Source: an uncultured Acidimicrobiales bacterium
GTDB lineage: Bacteria > Actinomycetota > Acidimicrobiia > Acidimicrobiales > UBA10347
Assembly (NCBI GenBank): GCA_943788915.1
Contig: CALSSD010000005.1
Coordinates: 62,001-126,000 of the forward strand
Direction of reading: 5' to 3'
DNA: 64,000 nt
In this document: piece after piece, positions 46,013 to 56,339 of the stretch
How positions within the stretch are numbered: the first letter of the stretch is position 1
Layout of the letters: each line of letters opens with the position of its first letter
Notes under the pieces: model-generated
The model's input: only the letters and a program-made list of their open reading frames with translations
Databases searched by the model: none
Told to the model about the DNA's origin: nothing
Position numbers and translations under genes: made by a program

Positions 46013-47110
46013 GTGTTCTCTCCAACCCACCTGAGCCTTCGGCTTCTGCAGCTGCCCACCCATAGCTCTCTCGCTGCTGCCCACGGCGTGCCCACCACCT
46101 CGTTCCGTATGCTCACGCTCGTCGGCCTTCATGTCGACAACGACCTAGACCGGGTAGTGGGCTGGGGCGAATGCAGCGCCCTCAATGAGGCTGGCTACAC
46201 CCCGGAATGGGCCGAAGGCGCCTTTGAGCTATTACGGAGTGGCGCTCCGTTCACGAACGTGTCCGCACCAATGGCGACCGCTGCTATCGAGATGGCGGCA
46301 CTCGATGCCGACCTCAAGCAGGCGGGAGAATCGCTCAGCGGCCGGTTGGGCACCAGTGGAAGTTCAGCACCCGCTGGGGCCGTGGTCGGGCTGGCCCCGC
46401 TTTCCACCATGCTCGACGAGGTCGAAGATTTGGCTGCCCAGGGTTACCGGCGGATCAAGATCAAGATTGCTCCCGGCCGAATCGTTGACCCGGTCGCAGC
46501 AGTACGCAGTTCGTTTCCGGGTCTTGAACTCCATGTCGATGCCAACGCATCGCTGCGACAGGAAGACCTGCCGGCACTTATGCAGCTGCGAGATCTCGGG
46601 GTACGGGTCGTGGAGCAGCCGTTCTCCGTTGACGACCGTCATATGCCGGCTCGTCTGATCGCCGAGACAGACCTGGACGTGGCCGCCGATGAGGCGGTGC
46701 AGAGCTCGGCCGACGTCGACGCGTTGGCAGCCAACCAGGCCGCAACAGCCATCGCCGTCAAACCTTCGAAGCTGGGTGGTATCCAGGCAGCGCTCGACGT
46801 CCTCGACCAGGTGCATGCAGCCGGAATGCACGCCACCATCGGCGGCATGCTCGAGAGCGGACTGGGCCGACACGTCCTGGCTGCACTCGCGCCGCTTCCC
46901 GCGTTCACGCTTGTTGGTGACCTCTCACCGGCTGGCCGCTGGCTTGCCGACGACCCGTTCCCTGACATCACGATGCGCTCCGGCATGATTGCAGCGCCAT
47001 CTCACCTCGGTATTGCGGGCGAACCGTTTGCCAACCGGCTCGAGCGTTACACCGTTCGGCGGGCAACAGTCACTGCTACGACAGCACTCGCAGCGGTCAC
47101 CAACCGCTGA
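46013..47110 (+). CDS. menC: o-Succinylbenzoate synthase (enolase superfamily)
   Basis: GWGEC, KIKI, VDAN, EQP, ADE, KPSKLGG, GGMLESGLGR, GDLS; men gene context. Confidence 0.82.
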   Translation: MFSPTHLSLRLLQLPTHSSLAAAHGVPTTSFRMLTLVGLHVDNDLDRVVGWGECSALNEAGYTPEWAEGAFELLRSGAPFTNVSAPMATAAIEMAALDADLKQAGESLSGRLGTSGSSAPAGAVVGLAPLSTMLDEVEDLAAQGYRRIKIKIAPGRIVDPVAAVRSSFPGLELHVDANASLRQEDLPALMQLRDLGVRVVEQPFSVDDRHMPARLIAETDLDVAADEAVQSSADVDALAANQAATAIAVKPSKLGGIQAALDVLDQVHAAGMHATIGGMLESGLGRHVLAALAPLPAFTLVGDLSPAGRWLADDPFPDITMRSGMIAAPSHLGIAGEPFANRLERYTVRRATVTATTALAAVTNR

Positions 47111-47858
47111 GCTGGCTGCCCCCGGATGCAACAACTGCTGCGGTAACCACAGGATTCTCTAGGTGCACCGCATGACCACCTTCGATGTTCACGAAGCGAG
47201 CATTAGAACCAATCGCTGCAACCATCCGTTCGCCGATCATGGTGTATTTCTCATCTTTCGTTCCGGCGATGACCAGAACCGGCATACGCAAGCTGCTCAA
47301 ACGATCCCACAACGGTTCTTGAACCCCGACACCACATGATCGAAGTGATGCCGCCATGCCGTCGGCGGCATTTTCGTAGCGTGTGGCCTTGAACGTCTGC
47401 TCATCGCTCATGTGGGCAAACATGGGTTGATCTAACCAGTCGTTTATGAATGTGGGTCCGCCGACTTCCATTATGTGCGCAGCCCACCGCTCATCGGTGG
47501 CTCGTCGTTGGGCCCGTTCGTCAGCCGACTCGATGCCTGGATTTGCACCGATGAGGACCAGCGAGCGGATCTCGATTCGGGATTCAAGAGCCGCGTGCAA
47601 CAACATGCGGCCACCCATGGAATACCCCACATAGTGTCCGAGCCCCCCGGCTTCCACGATCAGCCTGCCGGCTTCGGTCAGGTCGGCGTTGCCATGACCG
47701 CTCAACCCGTGGCCGGGTGCGTCGATTGCGAGTACATCAAAATTGTCTGAGCACAGTTCGCCGAAGCGACCCCAGCATCGAGCATTTTGGGTAAACCCGT
47801 GCGCCAAAACAAGTCGGTCTGACTTGTTCGACGGTCCAAGCCGCTGCGAACCCAACAT
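47097..47858 (-). CDS. menH: SHCHC synthase (alpha/beta hydrolase)
   Basis: HGFTQ, GYSMGGR, PGI...ERAQRRATD..W, WLDQPMF, D.KY, GHAVHLE. Confidence 0.85.
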   Translation of the reverse strand: MLGSQRLGPSNKSDRLVLAHGFTQNARCWGRFGELCSDNFDVLAIDAPGHGLSGHGNADLTEAGRLIVEAGGLGHYVGYSMGGRMLLHAALESRIEIRSLVLIGANPGIESADERAQRRATDERWAAHIMEVGGPTFINDWLDQPMFAHMSDEQTFKATRYENAADGMAASLRSCGVGVQEPLWDRLSSLRMPVLVIAGTKDEKYTMIGERMVAAIGSNARFVNIEGGHAVHLENPVVTAAVVASGGSQLSGW

Positions 47859-47996
47859 CAGTGCGCACCGATCGTGAACAAGCTGTGCTCAGTTGCAGAA
47901 AATGTGCGAGTCATCGCCCTCGATGATGATCGACGGTGGTTAAAAGATTCTGAGCACGACCCTATATGGCCGGACAAGCCGTCATACAGTAGAGGC

Positions 47997-49685
47997 GTGA
48001 ATCACGCGCCGATAACGGCGAACGCGACGTACAGCGCAACAGTGTGTGACCAGTTGTGTGTCGATGGCCTCACCACGGCTTTCATCGCCCCAGGATCCAG
48101 ATCGACCCCGCTGGCGCTTGCGTTGGTTGCACACCCGGGCATCACCACCCATATCTTCCACGACGAACGTTCCGCAGCCTTTGCAGCGCTCGGCCATGGG
48201 TGGGCTACTGGCCGACCAGCGCTCATTCTGTGCAGCAGCGGCACTGCCGGCGCCCACTTTTATGCGGCGGTGATCGAGGCTGATGCCTCTGGTGTCCCGC
48301 TCATTGCGGTCACCGCCGACCGACCCCCGGAATTGTGGGGTCGCGGCGCACCTCAGACCATTGACCAGACCCACTTGTATGGATCTCGGGTCCGTGACTT
48401 CGTCGAACCAGGACCGCCTGACGACCTGGATCCGGCAACCTGGCGTTCGATCGCCAGGCGGGTCTGGGCAGCGGCGACCGGCGCTGTACCCGGACCTGTA
48501 CACGTAAACCTGAGTTTCCGCGATCCGCTGACCGGCACACCCGACGAGCTGCCGGCTGTGATCGAAGATGCAATTTCGCCAACCCAGGCCGAGGTTCCGG
48601 CCGATGTTGTCGATCAGCTCCACGAGCTCGTGTCATCACCCCGAGGCGTGATCATTGCCGGACGAAACCAAACCGGGGCTGCCACCATTCTGCAGCTGGC
48701 GAACATACTGGGCTGGCCGGTGCTGTCAGACCATCGGTCTGGTTGCCGCGATGCTTCTGCCCCCGTTGCTATTCGCCACTTTGACTCGCTGCTGCGATCC
48801 CGCGCCTTCACAGACGGACACCGGCCCGAGGTCGTCTTACGGATTGGCGAGATCGTTTCGAGCAAGGCCGTTTCTCAGTGGCTGAGCGCGTGCGCTGGCG
48901 CAGGCACCGCGGTGATCTCAAGCCGACCCTACGGCCGCAACATCGACCCCGAGTCAATCGCTGACTTCCAATTCGACGAGCCAGGGGTTATCGCCGCTCT
49001 CGTGGATCGATGCGGTGAGACAGCCGTTGACACAGCATGGCTGGCCAGCTGGTCCAGCGCGGATCAACGTGGCGCACAGGCAGTGCAGGCAGCTATCGAA
49101 GCCGGCCCTCAACCAAACGAGATCGGTATTGCCCAAGCGTGTGTTCACGGCGTTCCGACCGGGGGTGCACTCGTGGCATCCGCGTCTATGCCGATCCGCG
49201 ACGTGGAGTGGTTCGGCCCAAATCGCGGCGACATCACGCTGGTAGCGAATCGAGGCGCCAACGGCATCGACGGTGTGATCGCCACCGCAGTGGGCGTGGC
49301 ACTCACCGGCCAGCCAACCATTTGCCTCATCGGCGATGTTGCTTTCCTGCACGACTCGTCCACGCTGGTCGCGCTCAGCGAACGAGCGATCGACTTGACT
49401 GTGGTCGTCACCAACAACGACGGCGGTGCAATCTTCTCGTTCCTACCTCAGCACGAACTGCTCGACGCACACGAGTATGAAGAACTCTTCGGAACACCCC
49501 ACGGAACCGACCTAGAGGCGCTGGTGCGGTCCCACGGCATCGTTGTCGAACAGTTCACTGGTGCACTCCAGGCCCCACACGGCGTCAGGGTGGTGGTTGC
49601 CCACACCAACCGCGCCGAGAACCTGGAACTCCACCGCCGCGTGCATGCTTCGGTCAACACCGCTCTTGAATCTCCCGCGGGTTAG
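47997..49685 (+). CDS. menD: SEPHCHC synthase
   Basis: PGSRSTPL, DERSAAF.ALG, SGTA, TADRPPEL, QTIDQ, SMPIRD, NRGANGIDG, GDVAFLHD, NNDGGAIF, FGTPH. Confidence 0.95.
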   Translation: MNHAPITANATYSATVCDQLCVDGLTTAFIAPGSRSTPLALALVAHPGITTHIFHDERSAAFAALGHGWATGRPALILCSSGTAGAHFYAAVIEADASGVPLIAVTADRPPELWGRGAPQTIDQTHLYGSRVRDFVEPGPPDDLDPATWRSIARRVWAAATGAVPGPVHVNLSFRDPLTGTPDELPAVIEDAISPTQAEVPADVVDQLHELVSSPRGVIIAGRNQTGAATILQLANILGWPVLSDHRSGCRDASAPVAIRHFDSLLRSRAFTDGHRPEVVLRIGEIVSSKAVSQWLSACAGAGTAVISSRPYGRNIDPESIADFQFDEPGVIAALVDRCGETAVDTAWLASWSSADQRGAQAVQAAIEAGPQPNEIGIAQACVHGVPTGGALVASASMPIRDVEWFGPNRGDITLVANRGANGIDGVIATAVGVALTGQPTICLIGDVAFLHDSSTLVALSERAIDLTVVVTNNDGGAIFSFLPQHELLDAHEYEELFGTPHGTDLEALVRSHGIVVEQFTGALQAPHGVRVVVAHTNRAENLELHRRVHASVNTALESPAG

Positions 49686-49737
49686 TTCCTCGCCGAGCGC
49701 CCCCGCCAGCGTGACGGGTTGTCCTACAGTCGCTGCC

Positions 49738-50217
49738 ATGAAGCGAATGTTGGCGACAGCCACTCTGCTCTGCCTGATTGTGGTTGGCTGCGGCGGATCC
49801 GACGACGCAGCCGACGTTGCCACAACAAACGATGCAGCATCTAGCAGCTGTCTCGCCGGTGACACCGCGTGCGCCGATGGCGCCGACGGTGGTGCGGCTG
49901 GCGAACTGCCGGACGTCATTTCACTGGCCGACCCCGACGATCCCGATGCACCGTTACAGGTCAACTTCGGCGGCTTCTTCTACAGCGACGGCACCATCTC
50001 GCAACTCTGCTCGGCGTTGGCCGAAAGTTTCCCGCCACAATGCGGTTCGTTGGTCATCGACATCGAAGCCCCACTCGATGTTGTGCTCGAACATGTCGCC
50101 GAGTCGTTCGGCAACCCCGATGACGCCAAGATCAACATCAATCAGGGAATCTATTGGACCGATGACTGGGTCAACCTCTCGGGCACCCTCCAAGCAAACC
50201 GACTCGTGCTCGAGTAA
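49738..50217 (+). CDS. Hypothetical lipoprotein
   Basis: VVGC lipobox; CLAGDTAC and LCSALAESFPPQC motifs. Confidence 0.7.
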   Translation: MKRMLATATLLCLIVVGCGGSDDAADVATTNDAASSSCLAGDTACADGADGGAAGELPDVISLADPDDPDAPLQVNFGGFFYSDGTISQLCSALAESFPPQCGSLVIDIEAPLDVVLEHVAESFGNPDDAKININQGIYWTDDWVNLSGTLQANRLVLE

Positions 50218-50234
50218 CTCGACGAGAGCCTCGC

Positions 50235-51356
50235 TTAGAGCTTGGTCTGATCGATGTTGTACAGGCCCATGACGTTGTCCCACACCATTGCCTGACGCTC
50301 GTTGTCGGGCACACCAGCAAGCACTTCGTCCAGGGTCCTCATGGAGTGCGGCCAGATTGAGTCGTGGTGGGGATAGTCATTTCCCCAGACCAGGTTTCCG
50401 ATGCCAATGTCGTGACGGGTTGCGATCCCCTGCGCATCGTCTTCGAACGTGACCCAGAAGTTGCGGTCGAAGTACTGCGACGGCTTCATCGTGACCTCGT
50501 CGGCCAGTTCCCACGGCGTGCGGTATGCGGCATGATCGAGACGCTGTTTGAAGTGGGCGACCCAACCGGTCTCGAACTCGGCACACACAAATTTAAGGCC
50601 TGGGTATCGAGCCACGACACCACTCGCGATGAGGTCCATGACCGAGTTGGCCACGGTGGTGTGGGCCAGGGTGTAGCCCTTGAGCGTGCCGCCAGGGGTG
50701 CCCCAATGCGGAGGCAATCCGCAGTCGAATGACGTGCCGGTGAAGATGTGCATGGTCACCGGCAGCTGCATGTCCTCGAGCAGCGCCCACAGCGGGTTAT
50801 AGATCGGATCGCTGTACGGCTGCTCGATCGGCGCGTGTGACGGGATCGCGAACCCTCGCACGCCGAGTTCGCCAGCTCGTTTTGCCTCGGCGACACATGC
50901 GTCGACGTCGGGGACCGGCAAACAGCCGATGCCGATCAGCCGATCTGGATTGGGGGCGCAGTAGTCCAGGATCCAGTCGTTGTGCTGGCGGAATGCTGCG
51001 GCCTTGATGAGTGGATCTTCGACGGCGAAGGTGAACATGGACAGGCTCGGATACATGACCTCGCCCCGGATGCCATCTTGTTCTTGTTCGCCTAGCCGTT
51101 TTGTTGAATCGAGAACGCCAGGATTGAGGCCTTCGTATCCGGCGGCAATCTTGGCGTCGGTCTCGGGTGTACCCAGCGTGTTGCCAGCAATACCCATGCG
51201 GCCAACTGCGACCCGGCGCTGCCCCCCGATGTACAAGAATTCGCCTTCGCCCGGCTCCATCTTGATGGTAGGTGCGTGTTCGCCGAAGCGTTCTGCGAGT
51301 CCGTCGAACACTTCTCGACCCTCGACAACATGTGAATCGCACGAATAGAACTGCAT
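50235..51356 (-). CDS. Amidohydrolase_2 family protein
   Basis: CDSHVVE, DGIRGEVMYPS, PVTMH, EFETGW, TFEDD, WGNDYPHHDS.WP. Confidence 0.9.
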   Translation of the reverse strand: MQFYSCDSHVVEGREVFDGLAERFGEHAPTIKMEPGEGEFLYIGGQRRVAVGRMGIAGNTLGTPETDAKIAAGYEGLNPGVLDSTKRLGEQEQDGIRGEVMYPSLSMFTFAVEDPLIKAAAFRQHNDWILDYCAPNPDRLIGIGCLPVPDVDACVAEAKRAGELGVRGFAIPSHAPIEQPYSDPIYNPLWALLEDMQLPVTMHIFTGTSFDCGLPPHWGTPGGTLKGYTLAHTTVANSVMDLIASGVVARYPGLKFVCAEFETGWVAHFKQRLDHAAYRTPWELADEVTMKPSQYFDRNFWVTFEDDAQGIATRHDIGIGNLVWGNDYPHHDSIWPHSMRTLDEVLAGVPDNERQAMVWDNVMGLYNIDQTKL

Positions 51357-51389
51357 GACTTGTCCCCCATGGCTCGTCGATGCTGAACT

Positions 51390-51500
51390 TACCTCTACCC
51401 GGTTCCCCACTACAAGAGCAAGCCGCGAGGAACGAGCCAACACCACAACCCCCGAAACCATGTCCGACCAACGTCGGCCCAAGCGGGGGCAGTCCACATT
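51390..51500. repeat. Dispersed ~110-bp intergenic element, copy 2
   Basis: Core ACCATGTCCGACCAACGTCGGCCCAAGCGG 51457-51486; see copy 1 at 16218-16331. Confidence 0.75.
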
Positions 51501-51564
51501 CACTCGCTTCGCTCCCGATTGCTGTCAGAGCGGCACAGGTCGACGGTCCCGGCAGTTCTGAGGT

Positions 51565-52557
51565 CTAATAGCCAGCGTGTTTGTTTACGACGCCTTCCAG
51601 GGGTTGTCCGGTTTGGGCCAAGCCGAGGTTGCGGATGAAACGGGCGACGTTCTTCGGGGCACGCAGTTGACTGGCCCCAGCAGTGTGTGGCGTCATAGCG
51701 ACGTTGGGCAGCGTGAACAGTGGGTGGTCGTGTGGCAGCGGCTCGCCGGGGGCGACGTCGAGTGCCGCTCCACCTAACTGGCCTGATTCGAGCGCCCGCA
51801 CAAGCGAGTCGCCATGAATGATCTCGCCACGGGTGACGTTCATGATGTAGCTACCCGGCTTCATCATGGCGAACAGTTCATCGTTGAACATGGCGTCGGT
51901 TTCGTCGGTCAACGGAAGACAAACCGCAACCACGTCTGACTGTTCAAGCAGTTCCGGCAGCCTGTCAATACCCCATACGTCGGCGACGCCGTGATCAGGC
52001 TCACTCGGGAATGCGTCGACTGCGATGTTATGCATGCCGAAACCCACGGCCCGTTTCGCGATGGCCCGGCCGGTACCGCCGAAACCGACGACGCCCATGG
52101 TCATGCCATCGAGTTCGACTTCTTTGCGTCGCATGTCGACCCGGTGTGCCCACGCATCGGGGCCAAGTTTGATCGCAGTATGGATCTGACGAGTCAGGGC
52201 AAGCAACAAACCCCAGCCCGTGTCAGCCAAATGCCCGCCTACCAGGCCCTTCTCGCCAGTCAACACGACATCGGAGTTGATGAAATCGTCGAACATGAAC
52301 ATGTCGACACCCGACGCAGTCGCATGCACCCACCGCAGGTTCGGAGCCTGCGCATAAAAACGTTCGTTCACGATGCCGAGGATGACGTGGGCGTCGGCGG
52401 CGTGTGATGCGGCCTCGGCCAGGCTCGACGCAACCGTGACCTGGCTACCCGCAGGTGCGGCATCGCGGATGTCGTCGATGAATGGCGAGGCATCCATCAA
52501 CGTCAACGCCTCGATGACCAGGATGTTGGTCGGACCGGTTAGTTCCACTGTCGTCAT
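51565..52557 (-). CDS. D-2-hydroxyacid dehydrogenase family protein
   Basis: GVVGFGGTG, LPLTDET, NVTRG, ALDV..EPL, TPHTAG motifs. Confidence 0.9.
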   Translation of the reverse strand: MTTVELTGPTNILVIEALTLMDASPFIDDIRDAAPAGSQVTVASSLAEAASHAADAHVILGIVNERFYAQAPNLRWVHATASGVDMFMFDDFINSDVVLTGEKGLVGGHLADTGWGLLLALTRQIHTAIKLGPDAWAHRVDMRRKEVELDGMTMGVVGFGGTGRAIAKRAVGFGMHNIAVDAFPSEPDHGVADVWGIDRLPELLEQSDVVAVCLPLTDETDAMFNDELFAMMKPGSYIMNVTRGEIIHGDSLVRALESGQLGGAALDVAPGEPLPHDHPLFTLPNVAMTPHTAGASQLRAPKNVARFIRNLGLAQTGQPLEGVVNKHAGY

Positions 52558-52569
52558 GTGTCTGTCCCT

Positions 52570-53327
52570 TCAGCTGATGGTGATTTCGACGTCGCCGATA
52601 CCGGCGTAGCTGGCTCGCCAATGGTCGCCCGGTTCGGCGGGGAAACGGGCGAACGCGCCGGTGATGATCTTCTGACCGGTTCGTAACATGACCCCGTGAC
52701 GGGCCAACTGTTCGACCAGGCGACACAACGACACGGCATGGTCGTCGACGAAGTCGCTTGATACACCGTTGAAGACGACTTCACCATTTCGTTCCATGGT
52801 GATTTCAGTTGCCGACAGCTCGGCGGCCGATGCGGCGTTACCGCAGTGCCAGCCACGATGCCCCAGTTCGTCAGGCAGTCGGTGACCATCGCATGGAAGT
52901 CGGGCTGCACCGAACCCGGCCTGGCTTCGTTCAATTCGAAACCAGCGGCAACGCCGGTCACATACCGAAAGATGTCGTCGGGTGTGACATCGGTGTTGCC
53001 GATGTCGGTTCCAACGGTGAAGCACATTTCGGTTTCAACTGACAGGTTGCGGATCGTCGATGAATCAACGGTGGCGCCTGACGCCAGCGTGTGATCGGCC
53101 AACACGAAACCGAATGGCCGTTCGTCGGCGCCGAGGCGAGTTCGAGATGCTTCGGAGGTCAGGCCTACCTTCCAGCCGCCGACGGTCCGCCCGGCGTCAA
53201 GATGTTGCTGCAACACCGCGAGTTGCAGATCAAGCGCCTGCGGCAGGTCGATCGCACCCGCGAGAAAGTCTGGGCTGTAGTCGCCTTCGGCGCGAGCATC
53301 CAGCAAACGTTGGGTCAGGTCAGTCAT
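52570..53327 (-). CDS. 2-keto-4-pentenoate hydratase-like (FAH superfamily); single -1 frameshift near 52832
   Basis: GWKVGLTS, VETEMCF, GFELNE, then a shifted frame with LRTGQKIITGAF..GIGDVE. Confidence 0.8.
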
Positions 53328-54159
53328 GGTCAGCCTCGGCAACGACGGTATTTACGAGCACGCCTATACCTTCGACCTCGATCTCGAGTCGTTGGCCAGG
53401 TAAGAGAAATTTGGGCGGGTTAAACGATCCGCCGGTGCCCTCGGGGGAGCCGGTTGCGATGACATCGCCAGGACGCAGCTCTATGGACTGTGAAAGATAG
53501 CTGATGATTTCGGCCACCGAGAAGATCATGTCGGCGGTCGATGCGTCTTGGCGGGTCTCGCCATCGACACGTGCCTGCAGTCGCAGGTTCTGCGGGTCTG
53601 CGATTTCGTCGGCGGTGACCATCCACGGTCCGATCGAGCCGGAGCGTTCGAAGTTCTTGCCGGCATTCACGCTGTGGCGCTGCCATGCTCGCACCGAACC
53701 ATCGTTGAGGCAGGTCCAGCCCGCAACATGATCGAGTGCATCCTCGACCGCGATGTGTCGACCTCCGTGACCAATGACGGCGGCGAGTTCTGCCTCGTAG
53801 TCAAACGTCTCCGAGACACTTGGCGCAATGACAGGCTGGTTGTGGCCGACCAATGTTCCCGGCATTTTCGAGAACCATGGTGGGAACTTCGGCGTGGGCG
53901 GCGGATCGCCAGCCGGATAGATCTTCTTGTAGTTCAGGCCAGCAGCGAAGACCCGACCGGTATCACCGAGCAGTGGACGGAAGGTGACCTGGTCCATAGC
54001 CAGGCCAACGTGGCTTAGCTGCCTGTTTACAGTGGTTAACCAATCTGGCTGTTGAAGCAGTTCATGCAGCGTCCCGCTGCAGACCGTGCTGATGCCTTCG
54101 GCCCGCACGACGCCAACAGCTGCCGATCCGTCGTCTCCTAAGTACTCAACGATGCGCAC
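53320..54159 (-). CDS. Fumarylacetoacetate hydrolase family protein
   Basis: GLNY, DYEAEL, NDGSVR.WQ, GKNF, GPWMVT, PGDVIATGSPEG motifs. Confidence 0.92.
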   Translation of the reverse strand: MRIVEYLGDDGSAAVGVVRAEGISTVCSGTLHELLQQPDWLTTVNRQLSHVGLAMDQVTFRPLLGDTGRVFAAGLNYKKIYPAGDPPPTPKFPPWFSKMPGTLVGHNQPVIAPSVSETFDYEAELAAVIGHGGRHIAVEDALDHVAGWTCLNDGSVRAWQRHSVNAGKNFERSGSIGPWMVTADEIADPQNLRLQARVDGETRQDASTADMIFSVAEIISYLSQSIELRPGDVIATGSPEGTGGSFNPPKFLLPGQRLEIEVEGIGVLVNTVVAEADHD

Positions 54160-54210
54160 GAGTGGACCCTAGTTGCCATCCAAGCGCGGCTGCGAATGTC
54201 CCGGTGAGCG

Positions 54211-55431
54211 TTATGGCCGCAGCAGCGCGCCAAGCATTGCTTGGAACTTGGCCCGAGTCTCCGCCAATTCTGCCTCGGGTTCGCTGTCGCCGACCACACC
54301 AACCCCGGCCCAGATCGAGGCGGTATTGCCGTCGATATGGCTAGAACGAAGGCCAACAGCAAACTCGCCATTGCCAGCAGCGTCGACCCAACCAACTGGC
54401 CCTGCGTACAGGCCGCGGTCACCTGGTTCGACCGCATCGATCGCCTGGATGGCAAGATCCTGTGGGTCACCACCGACAGCAGGCGTGGGATGTAGTGCTG
54501 CCACAAGTTCGAGTACCGATGCGGCGGGCGACGACAGTCGACCCTCGACCTGAGTTCCCAAATGGTGGACGTTTGGCAGTGTGATAATTGCTGGTTCGGG
54601 TTCGGCATCGACATAACTGCAGTAGGGAAGCAGATTGTCGAGGAGCCAGTCGATCGTGATCCGGTGTTCACCCTGATCTTTGGTGGACACATTGAGCGCG
54701 GCAGCAAGCGCAGCATCGCGTTCGGGGTCCGATGACCGAGGCGCCGTGCCCGCGAGCGGGTGGGCACGGACCATGTCGACATCTCGCGACACAAGCAGCT
54801 CAGGAGATGCACCTATGAAGCCGTCGACGGCGAAGATGATGGCGGTGCTAAAACTCTGATTGAGTCGGCGAAGCACTGCGGCGACATCGATGGGCTGATC
54901 GGTCGTCAGTCTGAGTTCGCGTGCCAGCACGACCTTGTTGAATTCGCCGGCCAGGATCCGGTCACGCACGGTCGCAACGACGTCGTCACGCCACAGCTCA
55001 GGGGTCACGGCCGATGTCAGCTCATAGATCGTGGCCTGAGGCGCCGTGGACTCCATCGCCAAGACGGCGGCCGCCATGGCGATTCCCTCATCAGGACTGA
55101 CGCCAGTTGTGGTAATCCATCGGTTGCCTGCCGGGTCATGGCCGATGACCACCTGAGGCACGATCAGCTCACCGGGCGCGTGTCGGTCAAATGGCAACGC
55201 GCCAAACGCCACCGGCCCGGTGGCTGGCACACCCAGTTCATTGTCACCATGAAGTGCAGCCAGCTGTGCCTGCGCACCCGCCGCTCCGCCTGGCCGAGCG
55301 ATCGGAATGCGCATTGCTTCGCCTATGCCAGCCAGCAGCAGGCCATGGCGACTCCACAACATGCCAGTCCGAGCACCAAGCTCGACTGGGTCGATTGTTT
55401 CCTCAAGGCGAACGCTGACACTGTGCATCAC
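54211..55431 (-). CDS. menF: Isochorismate synthase
   Basis: GALPF, KVVLAR, GASPELL, LAGT, KD.GEH, LHPTPAVGG, YAGPVGW, GEFAV.LR, AGVGVV, ET.AKF. Confidence 0.9.
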   Translation of the reverse strand: MMHSVSVRLEETIDPVELGARTGMLWSRHGLLLAGIGEAMRIPIARPGGAAGAQAQLAALHGDNELGVPATGPVAFGALPFDRHAPGELIVPQVVIGHDPAGNRWITTTGVSPDEGIAMAAAVLAMESTAPQATIYELTSAVTPELWRDDVVATVRDRILAGEFNKVVLARELRLTTDQPIDVAAVLRRLNQSFSTAIIFAVDGFIGASPELLVSRDVDMVRAHPLAGTAPRSSDPERDAALAAALNVSTKDQGEHRITIDWLLDNLLPYCSYVDAEPEPAIITLPNVHHLGTQVEGRLSSPAASVLELVAALHPTPAVGGDPQDLAIQAIDAVEPGDRGLYAGPVGWVDAAGNGEFAVGLRSSHIDGNTASIWAGVGVVGDSEPEAELAETRAKFQAMLGALLRP

Positions 55432-55491
55432 TGATCAGCGTATTGGGTGGGCTGCACTCCTACCGGGCCGAATGTGCGGAACACTGGTCAC

Positions 55492-56268
55492 ATGAACCGA
55501 TCCCGCTCCGTGCTCGTCATAGCGCTTCTTCTCCTCGTTGCCAGTGGTTGTTCGTCTGGTGATCAGATCAGCCAGGATCTGGACGGCCATGAGTACTGGT
55601 CAACGAACGTGGTGCAGGATGGCCAACCGTTTCCGCTCGTCGAGGGCACCAACATGACGTTGACGTTCACCGACGGGAATATACGAGCGCACGCGGGGTG
55701 CAACTCGATTGGCGGCGCGTTCACCGTCGAAGACGACGAACTGCTCACGACTCAGCTGAGCATGACCGAGATGGGTTGTGACCCTAAGCGACATGCCCAA
55801 GACCAATTCCTTATCGACGTGTTATCCGGCGCCCCAACCGTGACTGTCGGCGGCGATACTCTTCGACTGGCCACGGCGACGGCATCGATCGATTTCATCG
55901 ATGCCACCATCGCCAATCCCGATCGTCCGCTCCAAGGCACAAGCTGGGAGATCGACGGGTTTTTCTCCGGTCAGACGGCCTCGTCTTTTGCCACCGACGT
56001 GCGGGCCACCATACGCATCGACAATGACACTATGCGACTCTTTGATGGCTGCGCCACCGTGGATTTGCCGGTCGAGATCAACGACACGGAAATTCGTTTC
56101 GCGCCTGTGGCCATGCCGACTGCCGAGGACTGCACTGCACCCGCTGGCTACCGCCAAAGCATCTTCACCGCGCTCAGCCGCAGTGCACTTGAGTATGCGA
56201 TCAACGGCACGAACCTGACCATGACGACACCAGACAATGTCGGTTTCACGTTGAAGGCCGCTGGGTAA
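55492..56268 (+). CDS. Lipoprotein with tandem META (HslJ-like) domains
   Basis: ASGC lipobox, AGCNSIGG, MTEMGC, LQGTSW, DGC. Confidence 0.85.
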   Translation: MNRSRSVLVIALLLLVASGCSSGDQISQDLDGHEYWSTNVVQDGQPFPLVEGTNMTLTFTDGNIRAHAGCNSIGGAFTVEDDELLTTQLSMTEMGCDPKRHAQDQFLIDVLSGAPTVTVGGDTLRLATATASIDFIDATIANPDRPLQGTSWEIDGFFSGQTASSFATDVRATIRIDNDTMRLFDGCATVDLPVEINDTEIRFAPVAMPTAEDCTAPAGYRQSIFTALSRSALEYAINGTNLTMTTPDNVGFTLKAAG

Positions 56269-56339
56269 CCCTTGCCAGCGCAACCTGGTTACTGGGGCAG
56301 CATGTTCACCAGGGCCACAGGCTTACGGGGGCAACAGCG

